A DNA stretch of 64,000 bases from a bacterium. GTDB lineage: Bacteria > Zhuqueibacterota > Zhuqueibacteria > Residuimicrobiales > Krinioviventaceae. Below the pieces are notes generated by a model. It had not been told where the DNA came from and ran no database searches. It saw only the letters and a program-made list of their open reading frames with translations. How positions within the stretch are numbered: position 1 is the stretch's first letter; each line of letters opens with the position of its first letter. Positions 32,038 through 42,998 of the stretch are shown here, piece by piece. The stretch spans positions 5,088,001 through 5,152,000 of the forward strand of contig OY843751.1 of the NCBI GenBank assembly GCA_963693055.1. Reading direction: 5' to 3'. The position numbers and the translations under genes were made by a program.

Positions 32038-32386
32038 CAACTAATTTTACGATCCGTGACAAAGGGTTACCGGTTTAAGAGGAGTACAGTCCGTTTATGG
32101 ACTGTGTGTGGATCGCAGATCCACTCATATATTTTACGCCTGTGCTTCAATGCAACCGATATTCACCGGTTTCCAGGACGGATTGAGTAAAACTTTGGAC
32201 CTTTCGGTTCGGCAAATTGCTTAAAAGCAATGAACTAAGCCCGGGATTTTTTTCTCCGTCCCAAATTCCGATTTGGGACGGAACTATGGCGCAAAGCTCC
32301 GCTTCACAATTCTCTGTAAAACAAACATTTACACAATGCACTAAATTCTCCGGGCACAGGTTGTATTATCCACCTGGAGTTTTTAA

Positions 32387-33238
32387 TCAATCACCCACAA
32401 AAGTTGAGGGTAATGTTAATAATTTGTATTGAATCGTTTTTGCTAACCGGTAATTCCCTTTGGAATTCAAGTGCAAACGGTCCGTTTCACTGTTTCTAAA
32501 ATACTGCGTGTGAGAATCGGACAATGGATACAAACCGCTCACGGAGTAAAGATCAATAATGGGTACCGCCCAGTGCAAGGCTGCTTCTTTGATAGTATTT
32601 ACATAATCTTCAATGTACAATCCCTGATCGTTACAAAAATTTTCTTCGGGTTGAACATTGCGATCACTGAATTTGGCAAATCCACGATGCAGCGGAGTTA
32701 AAATAACAACCTGCTGCTCCGGATAATGAGTCTTGAGAAAAGACATCACTTTGTTTATGCGTCCGCAAAACGTAGAATCACTATAAATCCGTGATCTGTA
32801 TTTGCGGGTTACCGTTTGACCATTATGGTTGGTTTGTTTTGTAGTTTCGGTAAAAAATTCACCCATGGGGAGGCTGTGATTGTAATCATTCGTGCCGGCA
32901 AAAATAAAAATAGCATCAACATCAGAGCCACGCTCATTCTTGAGCTTGACAGCCTGATCATAAATATCATCCCACTGGTGCCCGCTAATACCATAAACAA
33001 AGGGCTTAATACCCAGTAATTTTTCCAGGTACTCCCAATACACCGTAGAGCCATCGCCCGGTTTTTGTGTCATTGAATCGCCCAGGTAGGCAACACGTTT
33101 TCCATCCCACTGCGAGTTGAGGGTTTTCTCTGAATCTTTTATTACTTTTTCGGTTGCGGATCCATTCTGGCAAAAGCCATAGCTGGAAATCAGCAGAAAA
33201 ATCAATATAAATCTGGATATAACTTTATTAAACGTCAT
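32387..33238 (-). CDS. SGNH/GDSL hydrolase (putative carbohydrate esterase)
   Basis: LGDSMT, GISG, GTND, DRLH. Confidence 0.92.
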   Translation of the reverse strand: MTFNKVISRFILIFLLISSYGFCQNGSATEKVIKDSEKTLNSQWDGKRVAYLGDSMTQKPGDGSTVYWEYLEKLLGIKPFVYGISGHQWDDIYDQAVKLKNERGSDVDAIFIFAGTNDYNHSLPMGEFFTETTKQTNHNGQTVTRKYRSRIYSDSTFCGRINKVMSFLKTHYPEQQVVILTPLHRGFAKFSDRNVQPEENFCNDQGLYIEDYVNTIKEAALHWAVPIIDLYSVSGLYPLSDSHTQYFRNSETDRLHLNSKGNYRLAKTIQYKLLTLPSTFVGD

Positions 33239-33512
33239 AAAGCGTTCCTTTCATCTGTTCAAGCGCAAATATAATATTAAAAAATTTAATAACATTTTTA
33301 CAGGATTTGAATCACCCGGGAACATTATTCTTTTTTTAATATATATACATTTTTGTATAAAGAATCAAGGGATTATTAAATTTGTTATTCTCTCCGCCCT
33401 GGCTGGTATGTTGTGTGAAAACTTGTTTCTATTTGAGTGCATCGCATTCATGCGCTTGACTGTGAGCATATACTTGCCCGACACCTCGGAGGTGCCGGGC
33501 AAACCAAAACCC

Positions 33513-34685
33513 TCAATCTCCCCTGCGTCTCTCTAACATCGCCCGGATTCCCGCCAGCGGCAACGCCGCACTGGCAAGATAATGCGGTAATTTGTGGGTG
33601 TCTCCAATGGTCCATTCGCAGGCGCCATAGGTTTTAAAATCCGTCACCATATCCACGACAGTCTGTTCGGCAAGGTCCCTATCCACAAGATCGAGTGTGT
33701 ACACAAACCAGCCTACGGGCGTGGCCCAATAGGCGCCGTTCTGATAGGTGTCGGGCTGGGTATGATAAACCGACTGCCAGTACATACCGCCCGGCAGATG
33801 GCGCAATTGTCCCCTGTACACAATCTCGTAATAATGCTGTTTAAAATATGAAGCAATTTTCAAGGCAGTTTCCGTATCCGCAACGCCAAGATACACAGCA
33901 AAGGCAGAGCCCCAGATATCGGGCTGCCTGCAGGAAAGCGTAGCAGCAGTGTACAATCCCGTTTCCTCATCCCAAAAGACGGCATGAATTTGCGAGATCG
34001 TCTCTTGCGCCTTTCGCTCCCAAACCACTTTTTCGGCAGGATTACCGGCGACCTCTGCCAGGTCCGCCATTTGCCGGCAGGCCTGTATGTACAACAGCGA
34101 GGCAAACAGTACGTCCCCCTGTTTCAATACCGTATCCGTAAATCCATAGGGACACCGGTCATGCCCTTCGGGACGGATGTGCACCAATCCGGTTTCTGGA
34201 TTCAGCGGCACCGCCTCCATCGTCCGGACCAGGTCCGCTATGACCTCGCGCACAAACAGCGAGTCACCGGTCTTTTTCCAGGTATGCCACACCACATCCA
34301 CGGTAAACTGCGAGCCGTCCGCAACCGGGTTCTCTCCCATACTCCCGAATCCCGGTTTGTATATGGGGGTACCGTCGAATTTGATGCAATCCACACCCGC
34401 ACCATCATCACGAATAGATTTTACAAACAACCGTGCCGCATCAAGCAGTTCCTTGTCCGAATACGCTTCTATGGCACCTTCCAGAGTATAGGCATAATCG
34501 CGCAGCCAGAACGCTTCGTATCCCAATCCCACCTGGGGAGGAAAAGCCGCGGTCCCGTCCTGCATGGTCCGTTCCGATTCACGAATGATCCGGTAAGCCT
34601 CTTTTTCCAGCCAGTTGACAGATGCCTGAAAATCCGCAGCAAATATATTAATCGCTAAAAATAAAAAGATAGTAATTCGATACAC
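33513..34685 (-). CDS. Six-hairpin glycosidase-like protein
   Basis: AGGAGG RBS plus GTG start, signal peptide, YEAFWLRD, YGFTD, YQNGAYW. Confidence 0.7.
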   Translation of the reverse strand: MYRITIFLFLAINIFAADFQASVNWLEKEAYRIIRESERTMQDGTAAFPPQVGLGYEAFWLRDYAYTLEGAIEAYSDKELLDAARLFVKSIRDDGAGVDCIKFDGTPIYKPGFGSMGENPVADGSQFTVDVVWHTWKKTGDSLFVREVIADLVRTMEAVPLNPETGLVHIRPEGHDRCPYGFTDTVLKQGDVLFASLLYIQACRQMADLAEVAGNPAEKVVWERKAQETISQIHAVFWDEETGLYTAATLSCRQPDIWGSAFAVYLGVADTETALKIASYFKQHYYEIVYRGQLRHLPGGMYWQSVYHTQPDTYQNGAYWATPVGWFVYTLDLVDRDLAEQTVVDMVTDFKTYGACEWTIGDTHKLPHYLASAALPLAGIRAMLERRRGD

Positions 34686-34735
34686 AAACCCCTCCTGTTT
34701 TCGGTCTTGTATATAAAAATATACGTATCCGCAGG

Positions 34736-35053
34736 CTATATCACAAACAATTTCACTGCCAGCGCTGCACCCAGCCATATCCCGGACAAAGTAACCGCCC
34801 AGTTAGCAATCCTGGCCCAATGCTCTGTCATCCATTTCCGCTGCAATACCAATCCAACAGACATGACATGAAACGGAACCGGTAGACTCAATATCAATGC
34901 AGACAATAGACCCAATTCAACTGTTACATGAGACACATCAAGCGTTCCCCGGGATGCCTGAAATAAAATTTTCATCAATAGTAAAAACCCCACAATCACC
35001 GTCAAAGACGCGGCAGTTCTATATATCTTTAGAGCAATATGATTATTCAACAT
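34736..35053 (-). CDS. Small membrane hypothetical protein
   Basis: Three hydrophobic segments, GGAG RBS. Confidence 0.6.
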   Translation of the reverse strand: MLNNHIALKIYRTAASLTVIVGFLLLMKILFQASRGTLDVSHVTVELGLLSALILSLPVPFHVMSVGLVLQRKWMTEHWARIANWAVTLSGIWLGAALAVKLFVI

Positions 35054-35344
35054 GAACCTGGCTCCATATATTCTCAATCCGCATCAGCATAAATCATCAC
35101 GGAAGTCATAGACAAAATGAATGTACAATGTAAGAAACCCAAGAACCAAAATAAAACAAAATGGACAACAGATCGATATGATACCACGAAATACTGCATT
35201 CTCTGAAAAATAATCTCTAAAAAAAGGTTAACAATGTATTGCATCCCTAACAATAAATACCTATAATAATTATATTTAGAAACAGCTTGGTATTGATTTT
35301 GCTATAAAAATCAAAAAAACCTAATTATATCTCCAGAGGCAAAA

Positions 35345-38158
35345 ATGAAAAAAATCTTTTCGCTACTTTTAATCCTTTTGATAATTTCAAATATAACCGG
35401 TGCAGCAGAACAAAACCATGTGTTCCATGTTCACGCAAATGGCGTAATCCAAACTGCTGATCAAACCTTTACAACCTGGCAAGACTATTATGCCTCTGAC
35501 TATTTCAAACAGACCGGCAAACGCTGTCTGGTAAAATCCGTTCCCGAACAATACCGCAGTAATGAAATTAATAGCCAATCGGACTGCTCCATGTTCAAGA
35601 CTGTCATTAAAGATGAATACTGGCCAACGGTCACCTGGATCATCCCTGTGGTTGTACATAACATCATGGACACTGACAGTACGGGTTTTCTTGACGATGA
35701 ACGCATACAAGCCCAGATTGATGTGCTGAACGAAGACTATGGCGCCATTGAAGGCACCATGGGAGAATTGGGATTCGACTCTAAAATCCGTTTTGAACTT
35801 ACTGAAATCACTCGCACCTATAAGGATGATTGGTTTAATGATGAAAACGAATACGAGTATAAAAAGGATCTTGCACGGGACACCGACCGGTTTTTAAATA
35901 TTTATACCAACTCTGCTGGTGGTTATTTGGGATATACTTATTTACCGCAGCAAGAAGCAGGAGTAGATTCAGTGGATGGTATAGTAGTGCTTTATGAAGC
36001 CTTTGGCGGCAGAGACCAGGGAGCTTGGCCCTATAACCAGGGACGCACACTGACACATGAAGTGGGGCATTATTTGGGTCTTTTACATACATTCAAAGGA
36101 TTTGACTGTTATAGCGGCTATACAGAAGGTGATCTTTTGGATGATACTTTTCCTCAAAAAGATGAATTGTTTGAATGTGTTGAAACAAACTCTTGCAACA
36201 GTCCGGACAATATTCACAATTACATGAATTATACCCCCGATCTCTGCATGTCCGAATTTACTGCCGAGCAGGCCAACCGCATGATCTGCGCCCTGCTATC
36301 TTATCGTCCTCAACTGGCAACCGTGGGAAATTACGCGCCGGTTATCACCTCTGTGCCGGATACGGTTGGACATGTTAACGAACCCTATCAATACACAGTC
36401 ACGGCTACCGATGAAGAAAACGACGCCATTACCTTTACTATTGAACAAGGCCCCGAAGGTATGGATCTTGATCCGCTAACCGGTGAGCTGACCTGGCTGC
36501 CCGGAGCTCTGGATGCGGGATTTTACACTATAACCATATTGGCTTCTGATGAAACCGGCTATGACAGCCAGACTTTTAATCTCTCTATTCTTCCCTCAGG
36601 TCTATCCATTGTAGCAGATTTTGTTGCAGATACAACCACAGGCAATATTCCTTTTGCAGTACAATTTCAAGACCGGTCTCTGGGTGAACTTACGCAATGG
36701 GCCTGGGATTTTGGAGATTCCTCGACATCCGACCTGCGTAATCCCGAGCATATTTATACGGTCCCCGGCATCTATACGGTAAAACTGCGGGTAACCGGCC
36801 CCTTTGGTGCGGATTCGCTCATCCAGGAAGATTATATTACCGTACTGGGTCAGGCCCCGGTTGCCGCATTCACATCCGAAGAGATCCTCAGCGACAAGCC
36901 CTTTCATGTTCAATTCACCGACCAATCCCAGGGAGAGATCACTTCGTGGTATTGGGATTTTGGCGACAGCTCGTTCAGCATCTTGCAAAATCCTTTGCAT
37001 GTCTATACACAACCGGGAGTATACTCGGTTGGATTGACAGTTACCGGTCCCACCGGTCAGGATTCTCTGTACAAAGAAAATTATATCGAAATTATGGGCC
37101 CCGGTGTGACAGCCAATTTTTCAGCCGAACCGCGTTCCGGCAGTGTCCCGCTGACCGTGCAATTTGCGGATTCATCAACCGGCAATGTTATTGCCTGGTA
37201 TTGGGATTTTGGGGACGAAACAACCAGCTCTGATCAAAATCCACAGCACCTCTATACAGACATTGGCAATTATACGGTTACATTAATCGCAATCGGTCAG
37301 ACTGAATTTGACACGCTGACAATAGAAAACTGCATCCGGGTGACCGAAGAAACTCCCACAGCCGCTTTCGCGGCTGATCCGCTTATTGGGCCCTGGCCCC
37401 TGACAGTACAATTCTCCGATTCATCAACCGGCATTGCCGATAGCTGGATCTGGGATTTTGGAGACAGTACCCTCAGTAGTCGTCATAATCCCGAGCATAC
37501 CTATGAACTGCCGGGCTTTTATACCGTCAGCCAGATTGTTACCGGTCCCGGTGGCGCAGATACATTGAGAAAAATAAATTATATACAGGTTTTGGAAAAA
37601 GCCCCGGTTGCCTGGTTTGGCGCGGGAGAAACCACAGGCATCATCCCCTTTACGGTACAGTTTAGTGATTCGTCTTACGGCATCATTACCTCATGGTACT
37701 GGGATTTTGGGGACAGTACCCACAGTGAGGAACAAAGTCCTGTTCACGAATACGCGCAAGTCGGTGATTATACGGTTGCGTTAACGGTCAACGGACCGGG
37801 AGGGGCAAACACAGCCACCCGTGAACTGTTTATCGAGGCACAGTTTCCACTAACAATCGATGATAGTGAGGCCATTCCCACAGAATTCAAACTACACCAG
37901 AATTACCCCAATCCTTTTAACGCGGGTACAACCGTCTCGTATCAACTGCCCAACAGTGAAGATGTTTGGCTGGGTATTTATGACATGAACGGCAAGCTGG
38001 TACGTGTTCTGGAGCACGGTAGTCGTAATCCGGGCCATTATCAGGTACAATGGAACGGCCTGGACAATAACGGCATTCCGGTTTCTTCGGGACTGTATAT
38101 GGTACAGATCCAGGCAGGCTCACACCGGGAATATGTCAAAGCATTGATGCTGAAATAA
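35345..38158 (+). CDS. M43 (pappalysin-like) zinc metalloprotease with Ig domain, five PKD repeats and T9SS/FlgD-type tail
   Basis: HEVGHYLGLLH, NYMNY Met-turn, five WxWDFGD repeats, YPNPFN...LMLK. Confidence 0.93.
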   Translation: MKKIFSLLLILLIISNITGAAEQNHVFHVHANGVIQTADQTFTTWQDYYASDYFKQTGKRCLVKSVPEQYRSNEINSQSDCSMFKTVIKDEYWPTVTWIIPVVVHNIMDTDSTGFLDDERIQAQIDVLNEDYGAIEGTMGELGFDSKIRFELTEITRTYKDDWFNDENEYEYKKDLARDTDRFLNIYTNSAGGYLGYTYLPQQEAGVDSVDGIVVLYEAFGGRDQGAWPYNQGRTLTHEVGHYLGLLHTFKGFDCYSGYTEGDLLDDTFPQKDELFECVETNSCNSPDNIHNYMNYTPDLCMSEFTAEQANRMICALLSYRPQLATVGNYAPVITSVPDTVGHVNEPYQYTVTATDEENDAITFTIEQGPEGMDLDPLTGELTWLPGALDAGFYTITILASDETGYDSQTFNLSILPSGLSIVADFVADTTTGNIPFAVQFQDRSLGELTQWAWDFGDSSTSDLRNPEHIYTVPGIYTVKLRVTGPFGADSLIQEDYITVLGQAPVAAFTSEEILSDKPFHVQFTDQSQGEITSWYWDFGDSSFSILQNPLHVYTQPGVYSVGLTVTGPTGQDSLYKENYIEIMGPGVTANFSAEPRSGSVPLTVQFADSSTGNVIAWYWDFGDETTSSDQNPQHLYTDIGNYTVTLIAIGQTEFDTLTIENCIRVTEETPTAAFAADPLIGPWPLTVQFSDSSTGIADSWIWDFGDSTLSSRHNPEHTYELPGFYTVSQIVTGPGGADTLRKINYIQVLEKAPVAWFGAGETTGIIPFTVQFSDSSYGIITSWYWDFGDSTHSEEQSPVHEYAQVGDYTVALTVNGPGGANTATRELFIEAQFPLTIDDSEAIPTEFKLHQNYPNPFNAGTTVSYQLPNSEDVWLGIYDMNGKLVRVLEHGSRNPGHYQVQWNGLDNNGIPVSSGLYMVQIQAGSHREYVKALMLK

Positions 38159-38409
38159 TTTCATATACAGGTTTCAGGTATTGCCTGAAACCTGTTTTTC
38201 TTTTTAACAGAATAAATACATATCTGCTTGTTGCCAAACTTTTATTTATATAAATTGCAATTCCTTCCCCTTAATAGAAATTTTAATTTATCCTCATCAT
38301 AACGCTGTCATTTAATTTGTGACAATTCGCTTCATGGGTGTCATTCGTGTTCAATTATTGCGATAGTATTCAAAATTCACCCACAGATTACAACATAATC
38401 CCCAATTCC

Positions 38410-38434
38410 TTGACATTGAATGAATATTCATTCA
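38410..38434 (+). promoter_or_regulatory. -35 box followed by a perfect 18-bp palindromic operator
   Basis: TTGACA then TGAATGAATATTCATTCA at 38417-38434. Confidence 0.65.
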
Positions 38435-38542
38435 CGTGCCATTGTTATGATATTCACAATAATTAAAATATTCAAGGGTGACTGCGGGGAGCTAATTATA
38501 TCACAAAAATAGATATTGATTATCTATACAAAGGAGTAACTC

Positions 38543-39523
38543 ATGCTAAAAAAGAAACTCGGAAATTCTGACCTGGTGGTTTCTCAGATCGGCTTGGGAA
38601 CCATGGGCATGTCTGAATTTTACGGAAAAGGTGATGATGCTGAATCCATTAAAGTCATACACAAGGCAATGGAAAAAGGTATCACTTTTTTTGACACTGC
38701 CGACATGTATGGATACGGTCATAACGAACAACTTTTAGGTAAAGCTTTAAATGGCAAATTTGATCAAATAGTACTGGCCACCAAGTTTGGTGTAAAACGC
38801 GGTCCCAACGGTGAATGGTTGGGATTATCAGGCAAGCCTGAATATGTCAAACAGGCCTGCGATGCCAGTTTGAAACGCCTGGGTACCGACACCATTGATC
38901 TCTATTACCTGCACCGCGTAGATCCTGAAACTCCTATTGAAGAAACGGTTGGTGCCATGGCAGAACTGGTGCAAGCAGGCAAGGTACGCTACCTGGGCCT
39001 CTCGGAAGTCAAGGGCGAGACATTGAAAAAAGCCAATGCGGTCCACCCCATTACCGCGGTCCAGTCCGAATATTCCATCTGGACCCGCGATCTGGAAGAC
39101 GCCAATCTGGATGCCTGCCGCGAGCTGGGTGTGTATACCGTAGCATACAGCCCGTTGGGACGCGGATTTTTGACCGGTAAATTTCAAACCAAAGAAGATA
39201 TGGCCAAGTTTGAGGCCCGTGGACTGGCGCCCCGTTTTGACGATGAAAATTTTGAGCACAATATGGGTATTGTAAGAAAAGTGGAAGAGATTGCCGCATC
39301 AAAAGGAGTAAAACCCTCACAGATTGCGCTGGCATGGGTACTTGCAAGAGGCGAGGACGTTGTACCTATACCCGGTACCAAGCGGGAAAAATATCTGCTC
39401 GAGAATATTGCTGCCGTGGATGTATCACTCACATCCGATGAAATAGCAGAATTGGACAAACTCTCAGATCTGGTACAAGGAACAAGATATCAGGCAGAAA
39501 GCATGAAAGCGACCCTGCGTTAA
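38543..39523 (+). CDS. Aldo/keto reductase (AKR13-like)
   Basis: [37 protein letters not shown]. Confidence 0.95.
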   Translation: MLKKKLGNSDLVVSQIGLGTMGMSEFYGKGDDAESIKVIHKAMEKGITFFDTADMYGYGHNEQLLGKALNGKFDQIVLATKFGVKRGPNGEWLGLSGKPEYVKQACDASLKRLGTDTIDLYYLHRVDPETPIEETVGAMAELVQAGKVRYLGLSEVKGETLKKANAVHPITAVQSEYSIWTRDLEDANLDACRELGVYTVAYSPLGRGFLTGKFQTKEDMAKFEARGLAPRFDDENFEHNMGIVRKVEEIAASKGVKPSQIALAWVLARGEDVVPIPGTKREKYLLENIAAVDVSLTSDEIAELDKLSDLVQGTRYQAESMKATLR

Positions 39524-39572
39524 CCCCCTCAAACAAATCCCCGGTAACATGATTACCGGGGATTGTATTATT

Positions 39573-39908
39573 TTAATTGGGACGTATAACCTTGTCCGCA
39601 GTTGCCATAACCTGAACTGTCATATCCATGGTACCCACGCCGCCAATCAACAATTCATCACGACGTTTATGAAAATCCAGACAGGTACCGCAGGTTGCAA
39701 TCTGTGCGCCTTTGGCCTCAAGCGCCTTTAGGCTGTCAATCACTTCGCTGCCCTCGGTGGTTAAATTAATCCCTGAATTGACGCAACCAATCACATCAAT
39801 TTGCACATCCGATTTTGCCAACTCACTCAAAAACGATTTCATCAGTTTCTTGCCCAATTCAGGGTCCCCTTGTCCCATTTTATCAGAATTCAGATACAAA
39901 AAAGTCAT
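39573..39908 (-). CDS. DsrE-family protein (YedF C-terminal-like)
   Basis: SDKMGQGDPELGKKLM, CVNSG, CGTCLD. Confidence 0.85.
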   Translation of the reverse strand: MTFLYLNSDKMGQGDPELGKKLMKSFLSELAKSDVQIDVIGCVNSGINLTTEGSEVIDSLKALEAKGAQIATCGTCLDFHKRRDELLIGGVGTMDMTVQVMATADKVIRPN

Positions 39909-40000
39909 ATTATCTCTCCAAATTTACGGTTTAGCATCTTAATTGTTAATCAAAAGCACCTTTTGTACGGCCTGGTGTTGTGTGGTTTAAGTTAAAAAAA

Positions 40001-40405
40001 TCACCTTTCAATCGCCAGTCTCAAAGTCAGTACAGCCATAATAATCGTTACGGGACTAAACACCCATTGTTCAACAAATGAATGAGATGCAAAATTGCCA
40101 ACAGTATTGAGCAGAAAATATACAAACAGCACCCAGACCGTAATGTCTACAATCCGTTTCAGGATCTTACCGGCCTTGATGTACCCTGCCTTTATTGCAA
40201 CAATGAGCATGAACAGCAGCATCACCACAAAGGCAATGCCTTCTAATAGAACTACACTGCTCCCTGATGCGTCCATCCGCCCGCCCCAGACAATGGAGGA
40301 CGGTACAATGCCCACCAGAATCAGCACATGCATCAGCTCAAACAATGCCATAATCGCCAACAAAATGTTGGCAGCGAGTTTAAAATCCAATTTTCTCATA
40401 AACAT
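40001..40405 (-). CDS. Four-TM membrane hypothetical protein
   Basis: Hydrophobic segments, VWGGR, LNTVGN. Confidence 0.75.
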   Translation of the reverse strand: MFMRKLDFKLAANILLAIMALFELMHVLILVGIVPSSIVWGGRMDASGSSVVLLEGIAFVVMLLFMLIVAIKAGYIKAGKILKRIVDITVWVLFVYFLLNTVGNFASHSFVEQWVFSPVTIIMAVLTLRLAIER

Positions 40406-40431
40406 CTCCCCTTTTTATCAGGACCTTTCGG

Positions 40432-41517
40432 TTATGAATGGTCCAGCAGGTATTTTAATCCGATCTCACTCAAAAAACGCCCGGGGAAAATGCCGCTCAG
40501 CGCTATTACCCGCTCTTCCCGGTTTGCCGCACGCAGCCATTTACTCAGATCTGTAAAAGACGCACACGCGTTTCTCAATTTTGGATTATAGATAATCTTT
40601 TCGTCTTTATCGAAATAGAGATATTTATCGGATTTAAATTCTTTTAAAAACTTTTTTCTTTTCAACAAGGGACGATAATAATGCAACAGATGCAGTGTAT
40701 TGTGATGATCGAGGACCAGGTTGCCGCAATGAGAACAGCATGATCCTTCAATGCGCCAGAATTTCAACTCCTTGTTTTCGTACAGCTTTTCACAATGGCT
40801 GCAATGGGCATTAACGGTTTTGTCATTTTCCTGAAACAGTTCCTTGTCCAACACTTTTCTAAATGCAGAAAATCCCAAAGCGATTCTCAGCAAATACAAT
40901 TGCAGCAATATCAATCCAATAAACAGGGCATGAAACACAAACGGCGATGCCTGATGAAACAACACACCGTCATAAAATCCATGTGCCAGTGCGGCAATAA
41001 CAATGGATAAAACAATTCCGCCATAATTCTTGTGCACTTTTTTGTGGATATAAAAGGCTATACCCATGTAACCCGAGAATGAGATATGGCCCAGAACCGG
41101 ATAAATAGAACGCTGAAATAGAATCAAAAACGGACCGTCAAACTTGAACGCGTAAAAAATATTTTCTATGGTGGCAAATCCCAAAGCGATGGCAGTGATA
41201 TAGATTATACCGTCCACAATCTCGTTAAAGTCCCGGCCAATAAACCGGAACAGGATCACCAATGCCAGGTACTTGGATGCTTCTTCAATCAATCCTATTT
41301 TAAAAATAGCATCAGACCAGTTGTATTCCACATGTACAAACTCGTACAAAAACAGCGAAGTAAAGATAGAAATGAATCCGCCAAAAGCGGTCACTATCAT
41401 CAATTTTAACAGGGGTTCTTTTTCATAAATATCATAACTCCTGATCTTGAGCAGGTAAAGCAAGCCCACTACCGAAGCCAGAGCGATGATCAGTATGTCC
41501 TGAATGTTCATTCGCAA
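40432..41517 (-). CDS. prsW: PrsW-family intramembrane metalloprotease with C-terminal Cys-rich extension
   Basis: EEASK, GFATIEN, GHISFS, HGFYD. CSHC and CSHCG in the tail. Confidence 0.88.
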   Translation of the reverse strand: MRMNIQDILIIALASVVGLLYLLKIRSYDIYEKEPLLKLMIVTAFGGFISIFTSLFLYEFVHVEYNWSDAIFKIGLIEEASKYLALVILFRFIGRDFNEIVDGIIYITAIALGFATIENIFYAFKFDGPFLILFQRSIYPVLGHISFSGYMGIAFYIHKKVHKNYGGIVLSIVIAALAHGFYDGVLFHQASPFVFHALFIGLILLQLYLLRIALGFSAFRKVLDKELFQENDKTVNAHCSHCEKLYENKELKFWRIEGSCCSHCGNLVLDHHNTLHLLHYYRPLLKRKKFLKEFKSDKYLYFDKDEKIIYNPKLRNACASFTDLSKWLRAANREERVIALSGIFPGRFLSEIGLKYLLDHS

Positions 41518-41543
41518 TTCCCTTACTGGTGAATGTCATAAAA

Positions 41544-41735
41544 CTATTTTTTGTATATTATATATTCCACAATTAACAGAAAAAGAGGAAAGGTCAAACT
41601 TAATGCAATTTGTGTATCCATGCCGATAACAGCATCGCCTTTGATCTGGGACAAGGACCTAAACAGTAGAAATACAATAGCAGCCAGTGATAAACTTTGC
41701 AGGGAACCGAATATCCAGAATGCGCTAGATTTCAT
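41544..41735 (-). CDS. Small two-TM protein
   Basis: AAGGAG RBS, two hydrophobic helices. Confidence 0.65.
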   Translation of the reverse strand: MKSSAFWIFGSLQSLSLAAIVFLLFRSLSQIKGDAVIGMDTQIALSLTFPLFLLIVEYIIYKK

Positions 41736-41778
41736 TAGAGACTCCTTTTGTTGAAATGAATGATCTGATTAAAACAGA

Positions 41779-41934
41779 TCAACGTACCAGGCGATACAAT
41801 ACAAACAATACAGTGAGTGATAACCACAAGTAGAATACCCTCAGCCAGTGAATTTTATTCCCCTTGCCGGACCGCAGCACCACATGCAGGGCACCCAGAA
41901 AAAACAGAATGATGATCAGAACATACGAAATCAT
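41779..41934 (-). CDS. Small two-TM protein (51 aa, not in ORF track)
   Basis: GGAG RBS, MISYVLIIILFFLGALHVVLRSGKGNKIHWLRVFYLWLSLTVLFVLYRLVR. Confidence 0.5.
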   Translation of the reverse strand: MISYVLIIILFFLGALHVVLRSGKGNKIHWLRVFYLWLSLTVLFVLYRLVR

Positions 41935-42071
41935 TGGCAATCTCCAACACCCAAACAGTCCCCATTATTGAATTAAAACAGCAAACCAAACATAGCGGAT
42001 TTAAATGAAAAAATCAAGATATTGCGGTAAACAGAGCAAAAAAGATTAGTGTAGTTGAGCCTTTTCAATTG

Positions 42072-42656
42072 TTAGTGGGATTGCGCAATATTCTCATCAT
42101 CAATATTGAAATATTGGGGAACACTGGAGGCCTTTAATGAATGTTTAAAAATTTTCAAATCCACGTCCGAGTTATCCAGCAATTCTACAACATAATACTC
42201 ACCGGGCACATAATATCTGAACAAAGATACTTTAATATCGGGAGCAGTTCGAATGGAGCTGATCCTGCTCCAGGGGATGAGCAGGGTCGGATGACTAAAC
42301 CTGAGCGGCAGCAACATTTTTAATATCATTCCCTGCTCGCTCGCGCCAATCTGTAAGCAACTGTTGTACCGCATGTTGTTGATTCGGGCACTGGCGATTT
42401 TGAACCGGATATCCTTTATTGCCGGTAATTGGCTTTTATCCAGAGCATAGCGTTTCGCAAGGCCTGCCCAGCCGCTTTGTCGGGAAACGATATATGTCGT
42501 CAACATGCCTATTGTGATAAAAACAACCGGTATGGCAAAAGGCCTTATTGCCCGATCAAGCGATACGGGGACATAACCGGTGAGCTCCAGCAATAAATAC
42601 ACAAAAATAATTATTGCCACTATGCGTAACAAAAATTTAATTCTACGAACCATCAC
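42072..42656 (-). CDS. Membrane-anchored hypothetical protein
   Basis: SRQSGW and HPTLLIPWS motifs shared with 42999..43630. Confidence 0.75.
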   Translation of the reverse strand: MMVRRIKFLLRIVAIIIFVYLLLELTGYVPVSLDRAIRPFAIPVVFITIGMLTTYIVSRQSGWAGLAKRYALDKSQLPAIKDIRFKIASARINNMRYNSCLQIGASEQGMILKMLLPLRFSHPTLLIPWSRISSIRTAPDIKVSLFRYYVPGEYYVVELLDNSDVDLKIFKHSLKASSVPQYFNIDDENIAQSH

Positions 42657-42719
42657 ATCCTCATTTTTTCCTGGTTCCGGGGCTCTTGGCCTATGTGAAA
42701 GCTAAAAAATTGTACTTTT

Positions 42720-42892
42720 TGGAGTGCAGCGCCTTTATGCGCTGCGTCGGGCCGGAGGTCCGATTTAGATTAGACTTTATTGTCCAATTATTTATACCAT
42801 AGTAACATGACAAGTTCAATATTATTATATAAATTTATTTTTATTATGGCCGTCTACGACGGCCCGCATTACATAAAGGTAATGCACTCCAC
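42720..42892 (-). repeat. GGAG-type REP doublet, copy 2 (inverted)
   Basis: Reverse complement aligns with 31784-31946 at both hairpin ends. Confidence 0.8.
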
Positions 42893-42998
42893 ACCATTTT
42901 GACTTTTCTCAATCTCAACAAATTTTTTATTTTCAAAATTAAATCATTTTCATACAGTCTGTCAGCCCTGGAACCAACAAGAAACACAGACCTACTTT

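Noticed and set aside
33984-34658. 224-aa plus-strand ORF and similar long antisense ORFs (50001..50606, 52895..53473)
   Set aside because: They lie opposite well-supported genes and show no recognisable motifs.
36600-37830. DNA-level tandem repeats
   Set aside because: Explained by the five PKD domains. The FG-GAP repeats at 18.7-20.7 kb are likewise protein-domain repeats.
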